Source of the DNA: Mantamonas sphyraenae STR306
Taxonomy: Eukaryota > Protista > CRuMs
Length of the DNA stretch: 64,000 nucleotides
Direction: 5' to 3'
Assembly (NCBI GenBank): GCA_026936335.1
Contig: JAPMXV010000051.1
Span: 514,112-578,111, forward strand
Below, one piece after another: positions 18,834-30,907 of this stretch. Under the pieces are notes generated by a model, which was not told where the DNA came from, searched no databases, and saw only the letters and a list, made by a program, of their open reading frames with translations. The translations under genes were made by a program, and so were the position numbers. Position 1 is the stretch's first letter; the number at the start of each line of letters is the position of its first letter.

Positions 18834-21800
18834 TCACAGAACGGCGAGGATGGAGCCGTCCTTTTCGTAGTTGCTGCGGTGAGCGTCTTTGCGAGGTACG
18901 GGATGCAGCCAGAGGCCAAAGTGCTTGAAATCCTCGACGAGCTTCTCCCAACTGTCGTAGCTGCGGTTGTGGTGGAGCGAGGTGTAGAACTGTTCGACGA
19001 GGCAGCGTGCGCCGTCGACAAACTGTGGTGCGACGAGACTGGGTTTCATCATGGGCTGCTTGTCGTCCGCAGTGTAGACGACAAAGTTGACAACAAAGCT
19101 CTTTGGCTGGTGGGCACTCATGCGGACGATGAATCGGCCGTGGCTTGGGCTGTGCAGGTTGCGGTCGCCCAGGCGAGACATTGCCTGGACTCGCGAGAGC
19201 TTGCCGTGGAAGTAGGGGCAGGTGCGGAACATATCTGCAGCCTCGAGGAAACATGCACCCGAGCGGAAAGGGCCGAAAAAGTCGAGAAAGAATACAAAGG
19301 TCTCCTGGGTGACCACGAGTGCTTCCTGGGCGTTGTTGATGCGAGCGAGAAAGAGCTGCTTGTCGTAGTCGCCGACAACTTCTGCGTTGAGCAAGTCGGG
19401 ATTGTCAAGCAGCGAGAGGAGAAAGGGCCCGTCGACGGCGGCTGTGGACATGGACGCAAGCACGTCTTTCAGTTCGCCCATGTTGACGTCGTCGAGCCAC
19501 TCTGCGACGCGGTCGGCACTCCAAGTGGAAATGTGTTCGGAGTAGTCGACGAGGGTGCTCTGAAGGTGGCCCAAGCTCTCGTCGCTCAGGCGCATGAGTT
19601 TCTTGATGGCCGACCGAAAGTCTTCCCAGTTGACGGCATTGGCCGTGTTGAACATCTGCAGCCAGAAGGAACACGCATCCTCTTCGGAGATGGCAGGTCG
19701 AGCGTCTGTGTACGGGACAAGAGCCAATGAGGGGGCGGTGTTAGGGACATGGGCATGGTCAGAAAGGGTCAGCGGGGTGGCGGGGTGGCGGGGTGGACGT
19801 ACCGGAGAACTCGTCGTCAGCGACCATCATGCGTTCTTGGACAATGTCGTCAAGGTTGACGGCAAGGGCATCGAGAGTGAGCTGTGTGTCCGAGTTGTAC
19901 TGTGCAGCGGCAATCTGGACCTTCATGGGAAGGCCAGCACACATCTTGATGACAGGATGGAGGGCGACTGCGTCAAGCAGGTGTGCGGGCTTGTTGTGAA
20001 AGAGCTTGCGGTTCTTCTTCATAACCTTCTCGAGCTCTGTGCCGACGGGCTTGCGGCCTGCCATCTTGACAAAGAGGGAGGCGGCTTCACGGTCGTTGAG
20101 CGGGACGACTTGTTTTGAGTGTGGGGTGGAGGTGCCGACGACGCAGGCGGGGTTGTTGCTGGTGGTGATGACAATGCGCAGATCGTGGATGTCGTTGAGG
20201 AGGTTGCTGAGAAAGAGCTGATAGGCACGGATGTTGGAGATCTTGCAGTTGTCAAGGACGAGGAACTGTTCGCCGTCCCCAGAAGCTTTGAGGCGCATCT
20301 GGGCAATGAGGTTGTCATAGTTGCGCCTGTCGAGGTCGGAGGAGGCGCCGGCCCAGACGGAGTGGTTGGCGAGGGCGCGGGTGCAGGTGTCTTGCCAGTT
20401 GGCGACGGTTTCGAGGCTCTGGTGTGCGCAATCGATGTGAAAGAGGCCGCCAAGGAACCAACGGCGCTCGTTGACGTAGTACTGAAGCATGGTGACGAGG
20501 GTGCTCTTGCCGACGCCCTGAGGCCCTGCGACGACGACGACGCGGCTCGGGTTGAGGAGTGGGTGGACCTTGTCGAGAAGGGCGTCGAGATCGCCGTTGC
20601 GGCCAATAAAATACTCTGGGTGAGGGGGAAGGTCTGCAACCGAGACAGGGTCGAGCTCTTCGAGGGAGCCTTCGGGGAGGTCAAAGAGCTGCTCGTGATG
20701 GTCCCCGTCTTCGGGGAGGAGGACAAAGAGCTCGGCCTGTTCCTTGGGGTTGGGGAGCTTCTTGGATGGGTTCATGAGGGCGACGGTCTGCTTGGCGACG
20801 TCGAAGCTGTTCTGGACAGTCTCTCCGGTGAGGAGGTTCTCGTAGAGCATCTGGGAAAACTTTAGTGCGGCTTGGTCGTTGACACGCTCCTCACGCACGG
20901 CAATGACGTGCTTGACGCCAGCCTCGGCAAACATGAGGCCAGCCTGGTAGGAGTAACAAGCAGAAACAAATACAAACTCGACACGATTGCCACCGGCGCG
21001 AAAGAGGTTCTTCAGATCGTCCACCTGGACGAGGTGTGTTGAGCCTACGTCTTCGACTGGGGGAGGAAGGGGGGGTGTGAGCACACAGGCGGGAGGATGG
21101 GTGAATAAAGGAGGCGCGGGAGGGCAGGGGCGTGAGGAGAGCAGGCGACGTACAGGCAAGGGCGTCGACAACGCCGTGTCCGGAATAATGAAAGGCATGA
21201 CAGCCCATGTTGATCATGGATCGGAAGTTTTTGATATGTGCACAGTCCTGGCGGAAGCGAATGTGGCGCTGGGCGTTGGTAAGGTTCTTGAGGAGGCTCT
21301 TGCGCTCTTCAGCAAGGTTGAGGGGAGAGACGGGCACGCGCTTCTTGTTTGCGTTGACCTGCAGGAGAGGGGAGCTAAACATGTAGGCAAAGTCGATTTT
21401 GGAGCGCTGTTTGCGGGAAGTGGTGGAGAGGGAAGCGAGGGAGGCGTCTGTGCGGAGGGTGCCGGAGGCGTCGGTGCCCACGATGGTAAAGTCAGAGGTG
21501 AGACCGAGCTGGGAGGTAGCGAAGCGAGCGGATGGGTTATACACAGAGGTGGAGGCAGAGGCGGAGGAGGAGGCGGAGGAGGAGGAGGAGGCGGAGGAGT
21601 AGTCTGTAAAGAGGGCGAAGGAAGGCCCCTTGGCTGTATGGGAGCATGACGTGGCAAACGGGGGGATATGGGTGGGGCACGGAGGGGGAGAGATGAGGCG
21701 TGTGGGTGAGCAAGGGAAGGCATTCGTGGAGGAAACGGGAGAAGGGCGGGCACGAGCAGGGGAGGGTGGGTGGGTGAGGGAGGGATGAGCATTCCGGGGT

Positions 21801-22086
21801 TTGGGGCCGAGGTGGACGTACGTTTGGTGTGGAGAGTGTTGCCGTTGTCGGAGCCATCGTCCTGGAGGTAGATGGTGTAGACGTCGTCGAGAGTGTAGTT
21901 TGGGTTGAGGTCGACCAAGTGTTCGCCTGCGTCGGACTGGACAAAAACCTCGAGAGCGTCGGCGTTGTAGGGCCCGTGCTGGCGGTTGGTCAAGGCAACA
22001 CACTTGGCGAGGACCCAGCTCAGTTTCTGCGAGGGTCTGCAGATGACGCTGACGGGGGTGTCCTCGATGTATAGGGTGATCCACAT
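18834..22086 (-). CDS. Multidomain protein: CHAT (caspase-like) protease + STAND/NB-ARC-type NTPase + SAM + SH2; multi-exon
   Basis: HYSGHG (~21175-21190) and FVSACYS (~20950-20970) form the CHAT dyad; FIGR, GPQGVGKST, FLVLDN and CAGLP are STAND motifs; WSADRVAEWL is SAM; YFHGKLSR...GRFIVRMS is SH2. The intron ~19802-19706 was checked and keeps frame; further introns lie at ~21153-21057 and ~21821-21634. Confidence 0.78.
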
Positions 22087-22527
22087 TTGAGGAGGACGAG
22101 ATTGGGATGGAAGCGGCGGGGGAAGCAGACGAAACTTGTGGTGAGTGGGGCAGGGGTGCAGCGAGCAGTGAGGTTGGAGAGAGTGGGTGGGCGTAAGAGA
22201 GAGAGGATGAGGTGTAGGAGGAGGGTGGAGCAGGGGACGCGGGGAGGGAGAGGGAAACGGGGCGGCGAAAGAGGAGGGTGTGTTGCGTGATGTGGGCGAC
22301 GGCGGGTTCTGGTGGTTTGGGGTTGCATGCCGCAGGAGGGCGGAACGGCGTGACAAGGACGGGATGGTGTAGGCGGAGGGAAAGAGAATGGGTGGGCGAG
22401 GATAGAGTGGTGCAGGGGAACGGTTGTGGAGGATGAGGCAGCGGTGTGGGCAGTGGTGAGGGAGCTAAAGACAAGGCGCGGAAACTGACGCGTGGAAAAT
22501 CCCCTCCGAGGCGCGCGCAGAAGAAGA

Positions 22528-22920
22528 ATGAGCTCTCTGCGTCTGTTTAGCAATGCAACGAAGGGTGTGCGTCAGAGCGGCGTGGCCAAGGCCTCCATGA
22601 GCGTGAGCAGCGTGAACACAGCCATGACGATGCCCGTGGGGGTGGTTTTCGCGCGCGGGTACGCAGGCGGTCTGGATCGCAGCAGCGTGGAGGAGCGTGT
22701 GCTGTCTGTAGTCAAGTCGTTTGAGAAGGTGGACCAGTCGGCCGTGTCTGGGGAGGCTCACTTTACGCGCGACCTTGGTCTGGACTCGCTGGACGTGGTG
22801 GAGCTGTCGCTTGCGATGGAGGAGGAGTTTGCCGTGGAGATGTCCGAGGAGGACGCGGAGAAGATCCAGTCTGTGAGCGACGCTGTGGAGTACTTTGTGA
22901 ACCACCCGGACGCGATGTAA
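22528..22920 (+). CDS. NDUFAB1: Mitochondrial acyl carrier protein
   Basis: DLGLDSLDVVE phosphopantetheine site; Arg/Ser-rich transit peptide. Confidence 0.9.
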   Translation: MSSLRLFSNATKGVRQSGVAKASMSVSSVNTAMTMPVGVVFARGYAGGLDRSSVEERVLSVVKSFEKVDQSAVSGEAHFTRDLGLDSLDVVELSLAMEEEFAVEMSEEDAEKIQSVSDAVEYFVNHPDAM

Positions 22921-22994
22921 TTGGCGTGCTAATGTGATGCGGGGGAAGAGACAAAGAAAACAAACGACGCTGTGAATTGGTTCCCGCCGTTGTC

Positions 22995-25723
22995 ATGCAT
23001 GTGTTGAATGTGGCGGAGAAGCCATCGGTAGCAGCCGAAGTGACGCGCCTGCTAGTGGGAGGTCGCGCAAACAGGGTGGGTTTCAGTGATTTGCGCCGGG
23101 TTGCCCGAGGCGGCAAGGTTCCTGACAACAGGGTGAACGCAGAGGCGGCAGAATGGGGCGACGGTGCACGAGTTTCAGTACACGTTTCTAGGGAGGACGT
23201 GCAACATGATGTTTACGGCAGTGGCGGGCCATCTGTTTGAAACAGATGTGGACAACGTCAAGTACGGGTGGCAGAAGATTCCCCCGCGCGATTTGCTGGA
23301 TCCGGAGAAGGTGGAGCTGACGACGGCGGTGAACAAGGTGAGCGTAGGCGTGGGACTGTGACATGCGTGTGTGTGTGTGTGGGGGGGGTGTGAGGGGGGT
23401 GCGGGGGGTGCGGGGGGGAGGTCACGGCGGGTGGAGAGGTGAGGGAAGACGACGGCGGGTGGCGCCAACCAGCTGACACGCCAAATGAGCACAGGACATG
23501 GACGGTCTGTCGAGGAATCTTCAGGCGCTGTCGAGACAGTGCAACGTGTTGTTCCTGTGGCTGGATTGCGATCGGGAAGGAGAGGCCATTGCGTTTGAGG
23601 TGATCGAGTGCTGCGCACAGGCAAACCGGGCGTTCCGGAACATGGACAACGTGTACCGAGCCAAGTTCTCGGCGCTGATTCAGAGGGACATCGAGCGGGC
23701 CGTGGCACACCCGGAAAAACCAAACCAACAGGAGGCGCTGGCGGTGCAGGCGCGGCAAGAGATTGATCTTCGGATCGGGTACGCGTTTACGCGGTTCCAG
23801 ACGATGCTGCTGCAGAAGCAGTTTGACGTGGGCACGGTAAGCTACGGGCCGTGCCAGTTTCCGACACTGGGGTTTGTGGTGGAGCGGTATGCACGCCGAG
23901 AGACGTTTGTGCCGGAGGCGTTCTACACGCTGGACATGCGTGTGGCCCGGGACAAGGAGGTGGCGCAGTTCAAGTGGAAACGCGGGAGACTATTTGACCG
24001 CACGGCGTGCATGATCCTGCTGGAAATGTGCCTGGAGGAAGCCGAGGCGGAGGTGGTACGGATCACCGAGAGGCAGAAACTGCGACACAAGCCGCTGCCA
24101 CTGACAACGGTGGAAATGCAAAAGTTTGCAGCGACGAAACTGAGGATCAGTGCAAAGCGGGCGATGGACCTGGCAGAGGCGATGTACCAGCGCGGCATCA
24201 TCAGCTACCCACGTACAGAGACGGACCAGTTTGCGGAGAACACGCCGCTGGACGAGATGATCCAGCTGCAGAGTGGACACGGACAGTGGGGCGGATATGC
24301 AAGTAGCTTGCTTTCAGGAGGGTTTGAGCGACCCAGGAACGGGCAACACAACGATCAATCGCATCCGCCAATCCACCCGCTGAAGTGTGTAGCGTCTCAG
24401 GGAGACCTGCAGGCGGGAGAGTGGCCACTGTACGAGTTTATCGTGCGCAGGTTCCTGGCATGTTGCTCGCGGGACGCAGTGGGATTTCAGACCGTTGTGC
24501 ATGCGCAGATGGGTAGCGAGGGCTTCTATGCGAGCGGGCTGATGATTCGCGAGCGCAACTACCTGGATGTGTATCCGTACGACAAATGGACGGGATCTGT
24601 GATCCCTGTGTTCCGTGAAGGGGAGCGGTTTGTGCCGAGCGAGCTGAACATGGGCGAAAGCGGCACGCAGGCGCCGTCGCTGCTGACGGAGTCGGAGCTG
24701 ATTGCGCTGATGGACAAGAACGGGATTGGGACGGACGCAACGATTGCGGCGCACATCGAAAAGGTGATTGAGAGGGACTTTGTGCAGAAGCAGGGAGTGC
24801 ACCTCGCGCCGTCGCAGCTGGGGATTGGCCTGGTGAACGGCTACTACAACATGGAGATCTTTCTGGCGCGGCCGAACCTGCGTGCGCGCATGGAGATGGC
24901 GATGAACATGATCAGTGCGAACCAGGCCACGAAGGAGGCGGTTGTGCTTGACTGCATGGCCGAGATGGGCCGGCTGCTGGACAAGGCGCAGGAAAACAAG
25001 GAGGCGCTTGTGGAAAGTGTGGGAATGCGTGTGTCGCGGCGAAGCGTGTCGAGCATGCAGGAAGTGCAACGCGAGGTGACACGATGTGGCGAGTGTGGCG
25101 AGTGGATGCATGTTCTGAGCGAGCGTGTGGGGCGGGACAAGAAGCGGTTTGCGTTGTTCTGCAGAACGTGTCAGGAGCTGCACGAGCTGCCGTGGAAGGT
25201 GCGAAATGTGGAGCCGATGGATTTCCGATGTGCGTACTGCGGCTTTTCGATTGTGACGGTGCATGTGGAGTCTGGTGGGAAGCTGCAATTGTGTCCGCAG
25301 TGCTTCGGTTCGCCGCCCGCGAGCACAGGTGTGCACGGCACAATGCTGTGCCGCAACTGTCCAAACACAGAGTGCAGCAAAAGCGGAGCAGGTACGACGG
25401 CGTACGTGTGTCTGTGTCCAAAGTGTCGCAAGGAGATGAAATTCAGCAAGACGAGCAACGGGTCGATGGTGATCTCGTGTGAGAACTACAAGCGGTGCAA
25501 GACGAGCGTGTGGGCGCCCAGAGGTCTGGTAAAGGTGGAGGGCACGGGCAGATTGTGCGGGCAGTGCAACCGCAACAGCCGCTTTCAGGTGTTGCGGATG
25601 GACTTTGCAGCCGGGTCGCTGGCACCCGAACGGGTCACGATGGAGAGTTGTTTGGGTCAGGATGTGGTGCAAGACGTGCTGATGGCGTTTGGGGAACGCA
25701 AGTTGGAGCCGCTGTGGAGGTAG
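22995..25723 (+). CDS. TOP3A: DNA topoisomerase III alpha (type IA) with C-terminal zinc ribbons; introns in the 5' part
   Basis: VLNVAEKPS, WLDCDREGE, SYGPCQFPTLGF, catalytic ISYPRT, HPPIHP, GIGTDAT; multiple CxxC pairs. Confidence 0.92.
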
Positions 25724-25810
25724 AGGAGGGAGAGGATGGGCAGAGAATTGCGGCTCCCCCCCGTCGCCCAAAACAAAAGCCAACCCATTCCACCATTGAG
25801 ACCATCGACC

Positions 25811-27000
25811 ATGCAGATGCAGAGTGACATTCAGATGCCTTATGGGCAGCACAAGGGGCAAATCCAGCTGGTGAGTGTGTTTGGGTGGAGGGAGACTCTT
25901 GGCGCTCCGGGTGAAGCTGACGCGTGGGTGACGGGTGTAGGTGCTGGGGCCGATGTTTTCGGGCAAGTCGACGGAACTTTTGCGCAGGGTGCGTCGATAC
26001 ACGATTGCAAACAAGAAGTGTAGGTTGTGCGGGAGGACGGGGCGAAAAAGAAAAAAGGGCGGGAGCTTGATCAGCTGCGTGCGCGCCAATTTTCAAAGGG
26101 ATCGGATATGGCGGGAAGAGGGGACACTGACATGCATTTGAGGCCCGCTGTGGGCGGGGCGTGGACGGTGAATGCCTACAGGCCTGGTGATTAAGTACAA
26201 GCACGACACACGGTACTCTGTGGACGAGATGAGCACGCACGATAGGTAGGCTGTCCAAATTGTGGTGCGCGCGGCAATTTGGCGCGAAAATTTTTGGCGG
26301 GAAGGTCTGACACGCCGGGGTCACAGAGTGACGTGCTGTGCGAGGCCGTGCGACACATTGTTCGATGCGGAAGACGATGCGGACGCATACGACGTTATTG
26401 GGATCGATGAGGGCCAGTTCTTCCCGGATGTGGTTGAGTTTTGCGAGAAGATGGCCAACGCCGGCAAGATTGTGATTGTGGCGGCACTGGTGAGTATTCC
26501 GAGGAGGGGTTGTGAGCGATTTAGTATTGCGCATGAGCGCTGACACGATGGGCGTGATGAAGGATGGGACGTTCCAGCGCAAGGCGTTTGGCAAGGTGCT
26601 GGAACTTGTGCCGCTTGCGGAGCACGTGATCAAGCTGCGTGCCATCTGCCACCTGTGCTTCAAGGACGCGGCATTCAGCAAGCGCATCGGGAAGGAGATG
26701 GAGGTGGAGGTGATTGGTGGCGAGGAGAAGTACGTGGCCGTTTGCCGAGAGTGCTTCTTTGACGACAACACAGAGCAGCTGGAGCAGGAGCTGCAGGCAA
26801 AGCAGAAGGAGGTGGAAAGGGAGCAAGACCAGCAACAGCAACAAGAGCAGGAGCAGGAGCAGGAGCAGGGACCAAGTGGTATTGGGGGCAAGAAGCACGC
26901 CGATGTGGAGGTGGCCAAGGTGAAGCAACTGGGCCAACTGCTGGAGCTGGGCGACCACACCCCGAGCAGCATTGGAGGCAGCGCGGGACGAGACCTGTGA
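25811..27000 (+). CDS. TK1: Thymidine kinase (TK1 type), multi-exon
   Basis: [48 protein letters not shown]. Confidence 0.92.
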
Positions 27001-27020
27001 GCAATGGATGTGGATGCATT

Positions 27021-27981
27021 TTAGACTTCTTGGAGGGCCACGCGTTCGAGAGGCTTGTTCTTGGGCACGGCGGCCTTGTACCGCGCCGTCACGGCGTCCT
27101 TGATCTCAAAGGCGAGAGGCGTTTCAAAGGTCAAGCGCTTCTCCAGAGTGTCGGAGACGACAAAGGTCATTTCAAAGAGGTTGTCCGGGAGGAGGTCTTC
27201 CTCCACAAGCGGGCTATCGGTGGAGGGGCTTTCCTCCTTGTTCTCTTCGGTGGTGGTGGTGGTGGTTTCTTCACTGGTGTCGTCCTCGTTGGCGGTGGTG
27301 GTAGTGGTGGTGGTTTCTTCACTGGTTTCGCCCTCGTTGGCGGCGGTGGTGGTTTCGTCACTGGTTTCGTCCTCGCCATTCTCCTCGTTGGCGGTGGTGG
27401 CGGAGGTTTGTGGGACGCCGAGATCTTCGCCAGTTTCGAGTTCGATTTCGTCCACTCCGACAGTCGGGGTGGCGGAGGAGGAGCCCGAAGCAGCCTCGCG
27501 CTTAAGGCGCTGCGTTTCTTCTGTGCGCGCGTGGAATTTGGCGAGCTTGGGGTAGGAAAAGTAGGCGTAGTCGATTCGGTGCACCGGGTGGAGGACGGAC
27601 ACGCCGCTGGTGCTGAGTTCGAGGATGACGTCGCGGCGCTCGACAGAGTCACCCGAGGTGATGATTTCCTGAGAGAGGGCAGGTGGGAAAGAGTCAGCCT
27701 AGGGCGGCGTTGGACGCGAGAAAGTTCGGAAGGAAACCAAGGCCGAGACGTACGACGGCTTCAAACTCTTTGGGCTGGGACAGGTCGACGTCGACCATGG
27801 CTTCTTCGTCCCAATTCCAGGCGTCGCTGACGTCGTACCAAGACATGGCGCGTTGCTTGCGCATCTGCTTGCGGGCTTCCTCTGGGGTGGACATTGACTT
27901 TTTCCGTTGGCCTTGGAGGCGAATGATCAGCCAGAGCCGACACGATGTGAAGGGAGATGGTTCGAAAGGGCTGGGAAGCAT
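27021..27981 (-). CDS. Hypothetical protein with acidic Thr-rich linker; multi-exon
   Basis: Codon-biased ORF pieces 27021-27602 and 27694-27981; no recognisable domain; start uncertain. Confidence 0.4.
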
Positions 27982-28070
27982 GTGCTTCAAGTGCATTTGG
28001 CAAGCAAGGAGATGGGCCGACACGGCAGCCGCTGATGCGACCACCGCAAACAACCCGAACAACACGAACG

Positions 28071-28950
28071 ATGTCTTCTACGCGCTGGCTCCCTCTCGAA
28101 AGCAACCCCGATGTGCTGAACAAGGTAGGTGGATGCAGTGTGTGTCTGGTGTGCTCGGTTGGGTGCGGTTTGGTGCATGTGTGCATCAGGGGATGACAGG
28201 CGGAAAGTGGACAAGAGGGCACAAACACAGGAATTCGTGCGGGTGTGGTTTTTCCCCTCTGACGCGCTGACGGGTTGGCATCTGACACGGAACGGACGCA
28301 CGGCACTGTAGTTCTGCAGCGGGCTGGGCATGCCCGGCTCGGTGGCATTCACAGACGTGTGGGGTCTGGACGAGGAGCTGCTTGCGATGCTGCCGTCCAA
28401 GATCCACGCCATGGTGTTCCTGTACCCGATCACCGACGTGTCGGACAACTACCGTAAGGAGGAGGTGGCCAAACTGCAGGAGGAAGGGCAGGAAGTGGGC
28501 GAGAATGTGTTCTTTGTCAAGCAAACCATCGGCAACGCGTGCGGGACCATCGGCGTGCTGCACTGCATGGCCAACGCCCAGGGCTTTGAGGTTGAGGACG
28601 GCTTCTTCAAGACCTTTGTGCAGGACACGAAGGACATGGATGCCGACGAGCGTGCAGCATACCTGGAGTCAGACAAGGCGCAAGCACTCGAGCAGGCCCA
28701 CGGCCAGAGCGCAAGCGAGGGCCAAACCAACGCAGAGGAGCACGAAGGCACCAACCTTCACTTTATTGCGTTTGTGCCCGTCGATGGCGTCCTGTACGAG
28801 TTTGACGGCCGCAAGCCCTTCCCCATCAACCACGGCAAGACCACGGACGAGACGTTTGCATCGGACACTGCAGCTGTGATCCAGCAGTTTATGAAGCGCG
28901 ACCCGGAGCAGTACGAGTTTACGACGATGGCTCTGTGCGACGCGCAGTAA
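28071..28950 (+). CDS. UCHL3: Ubiquitin carboxyl-terminal hydrolase (UCH-L3/L1 family); one intron
   Basis: WLPLESNPDV, QTIGNACGT, NLHFIAF, LYEFDGRK. Confidence 0.9.
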
Positions 28951-28963
28951 TGGATTCGGAAAC

Positions 28964-29579
28964 TCAGTAGTCTTCTTCGAGATCCCCGTCGTCGTCGTTG
29001 CCGTTGCTGTTGCTGTTGCTCTCTTTTGCGTCGTCTTGGTCGTTGCCCAGCTCCTCGTTGACCGCCTTGAGGGCTGCGTAAGCCGCTTCGGCTTCCGTGG
29101 ACTGCTGCACGTGGTCGTCGTCGCTGTGTTCCTTGAGGAGCACAGTGAGGTCGGCTGCCGTGTTTTCCAAGCGCCTGCGACAGTCATCGATCATTGCTTT
29201 GGATTCGGCGATGACTTGTTCCTGAGTGGTGGCGAGTGCATGAGACAAGCGTGTCAGTGTCGCGTGCTGTGTGACATCTTGCCCGTGTGTCAGCGCAAAG
29301 ACCCACCTGTTGCTTGAGTCGATCGGTGTTGCCTGACTCTTTCATCTTGAGCAACCGCTCCTCTTCCTCCTCAACCTCTTTCTCGTACGACAGCATCTCC
29401 TTGTGCAGGCTGTATTGGGCGTGTTAGCAAACGCCCCAACCGTTTCGCGCCGGAATTGCTCAGCGCGCGAGCGATTCCGCGTTGCTGCGTCGTGGGCTGA
29501 CGACCTCCTCTGTCCACACGTACCGAGTGCACGAGCCAGTCTTGATTTTGATGCGGCGCTTGATGTCAGACACGGACAT
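28964..29579 (-). CDS. TBCA: Tubulin-specific chaperone A; two introns
   Basis: RRIKIKTGSCTR / KEMLSYEKE / QVIAESKAMIDDCRRRL. Confidence 0.88.
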
Positions 29580-29779
29580 GGGTGGTGTTTGGGACGAGCG
29601 GTGTTCTTGTGGCTGGACGCACGCACACATGCGGTGTGTCCAGGTGAGGCGAGATTTCGGTGGGAACGCGGGGAAAGGCCAGAGGCGGAGGAGTGGGGAG
29701 AGTGCACGAGTGCGAGAATGGGAGATGGGATCGCGTTGGCGAGAGCAGCTGAGCAGCAGCGCCTTTTCATTTGCCCACT

Positions 29780-30742
29780 TCACAGGAACAGCTTCTGGCA
29801 CTGTTCGACGGTGTGCGCAGGGCCTGTGGTGGTGTTTCCGTTGACACCCTCGTGCATAAAGATCTCGTAGTCGTTGCCGCCCTCGTAGGTCTTGTCGCCA
29901 AAGAAAAAGACGTTCTCAAACGCAGGCTTGCCCTCGTCGTCGTTGAGGTGGTTCAGGCAGTACGTCTTGTCCCACCCCGTGGGGAACACGTCAAAGCTGA
30001 TTTGGCCGCCAATGGAAAAGGTCCACTTGTCGCTGCCAAACTTCTCCTTGAGGGCGTCGACAAATTGCGGGCGGATCTTGTGCTCCTGGTCGTAGGCGTT
30101 GAACTCGACACGCTCTTCTTGGTTGACGTTGCGGCCGCATGGGGAGACGTTGATCATGCCGTTGCGGAACTCCACAAACGTGCCACGTTTGGCCGGGAGA
30201 CCCTTGAGGTCTGCAATGTAGTGGAGGCAAAAGTCGATAAAGTCCTGCAGCTCCTGCTCGGAAAACTCGCTCTTGAGGGACTGTGCATAGACGTGTGCGT
30301 GTGGGTTGGGTTAGGCAAGGCGCAGCGACGGCGGAGGGAGCGTCGGGGCTACTTACGGCGCGGTGAATCTCCTTTCCCTCCTTGAAGGCCAACAGGCCGT
30401 TCTCAGAGAAGACGTAGTCAAACATCTCGAGAACTGCGGGAGTGCCGAACACGCAACGGGGTGCGGGAGGTGTCAGCACGGGCGTGTGCATCAGCTGTTG
30501 GAGGGCTGGGGCGTCGGGGAAGGGAACGGCGGCTGTGCGCCGGAAAACGGACTGTTGTCACCGAGCTGCTCCTGCTGCTTGACGAGGTCTGAGCCACCCA
30601 CGATGCCGATGGTGACCACCTTGCGCAGCTGCTGAATGAAATCCAGAGTCTCCTGGTTGGCCTCGAGGCGGGGTTCAGTCAGGGTGCCGTCGACGTCAAA
30701 GAGGACGATGGTGTTGTCGCGGGAGTACTTGGTAGTAGACAT
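29780..30742 (-). CDS. PMM: Phosphomannomutase (HAD family); multi-exon
   Basis: [58 protein letters not shown]. Confidence 0.93.
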
Positions 30743-30907
30743 TTTCTGTGTGGCGTTCAGATGGGTGGATGGCCGCAGCCGCAATCGACGCGAACTTGAC
30801 ATGCAACATCTGTCGGGGTGTCGGAGTGGTGTTTGGGTGCAGCATTGGTGACGTCAAGACCTCGTGGCGCCAGTGCAGCCAGCAGTGCAGTGCGGAGCCT
30901 TGGGGAG

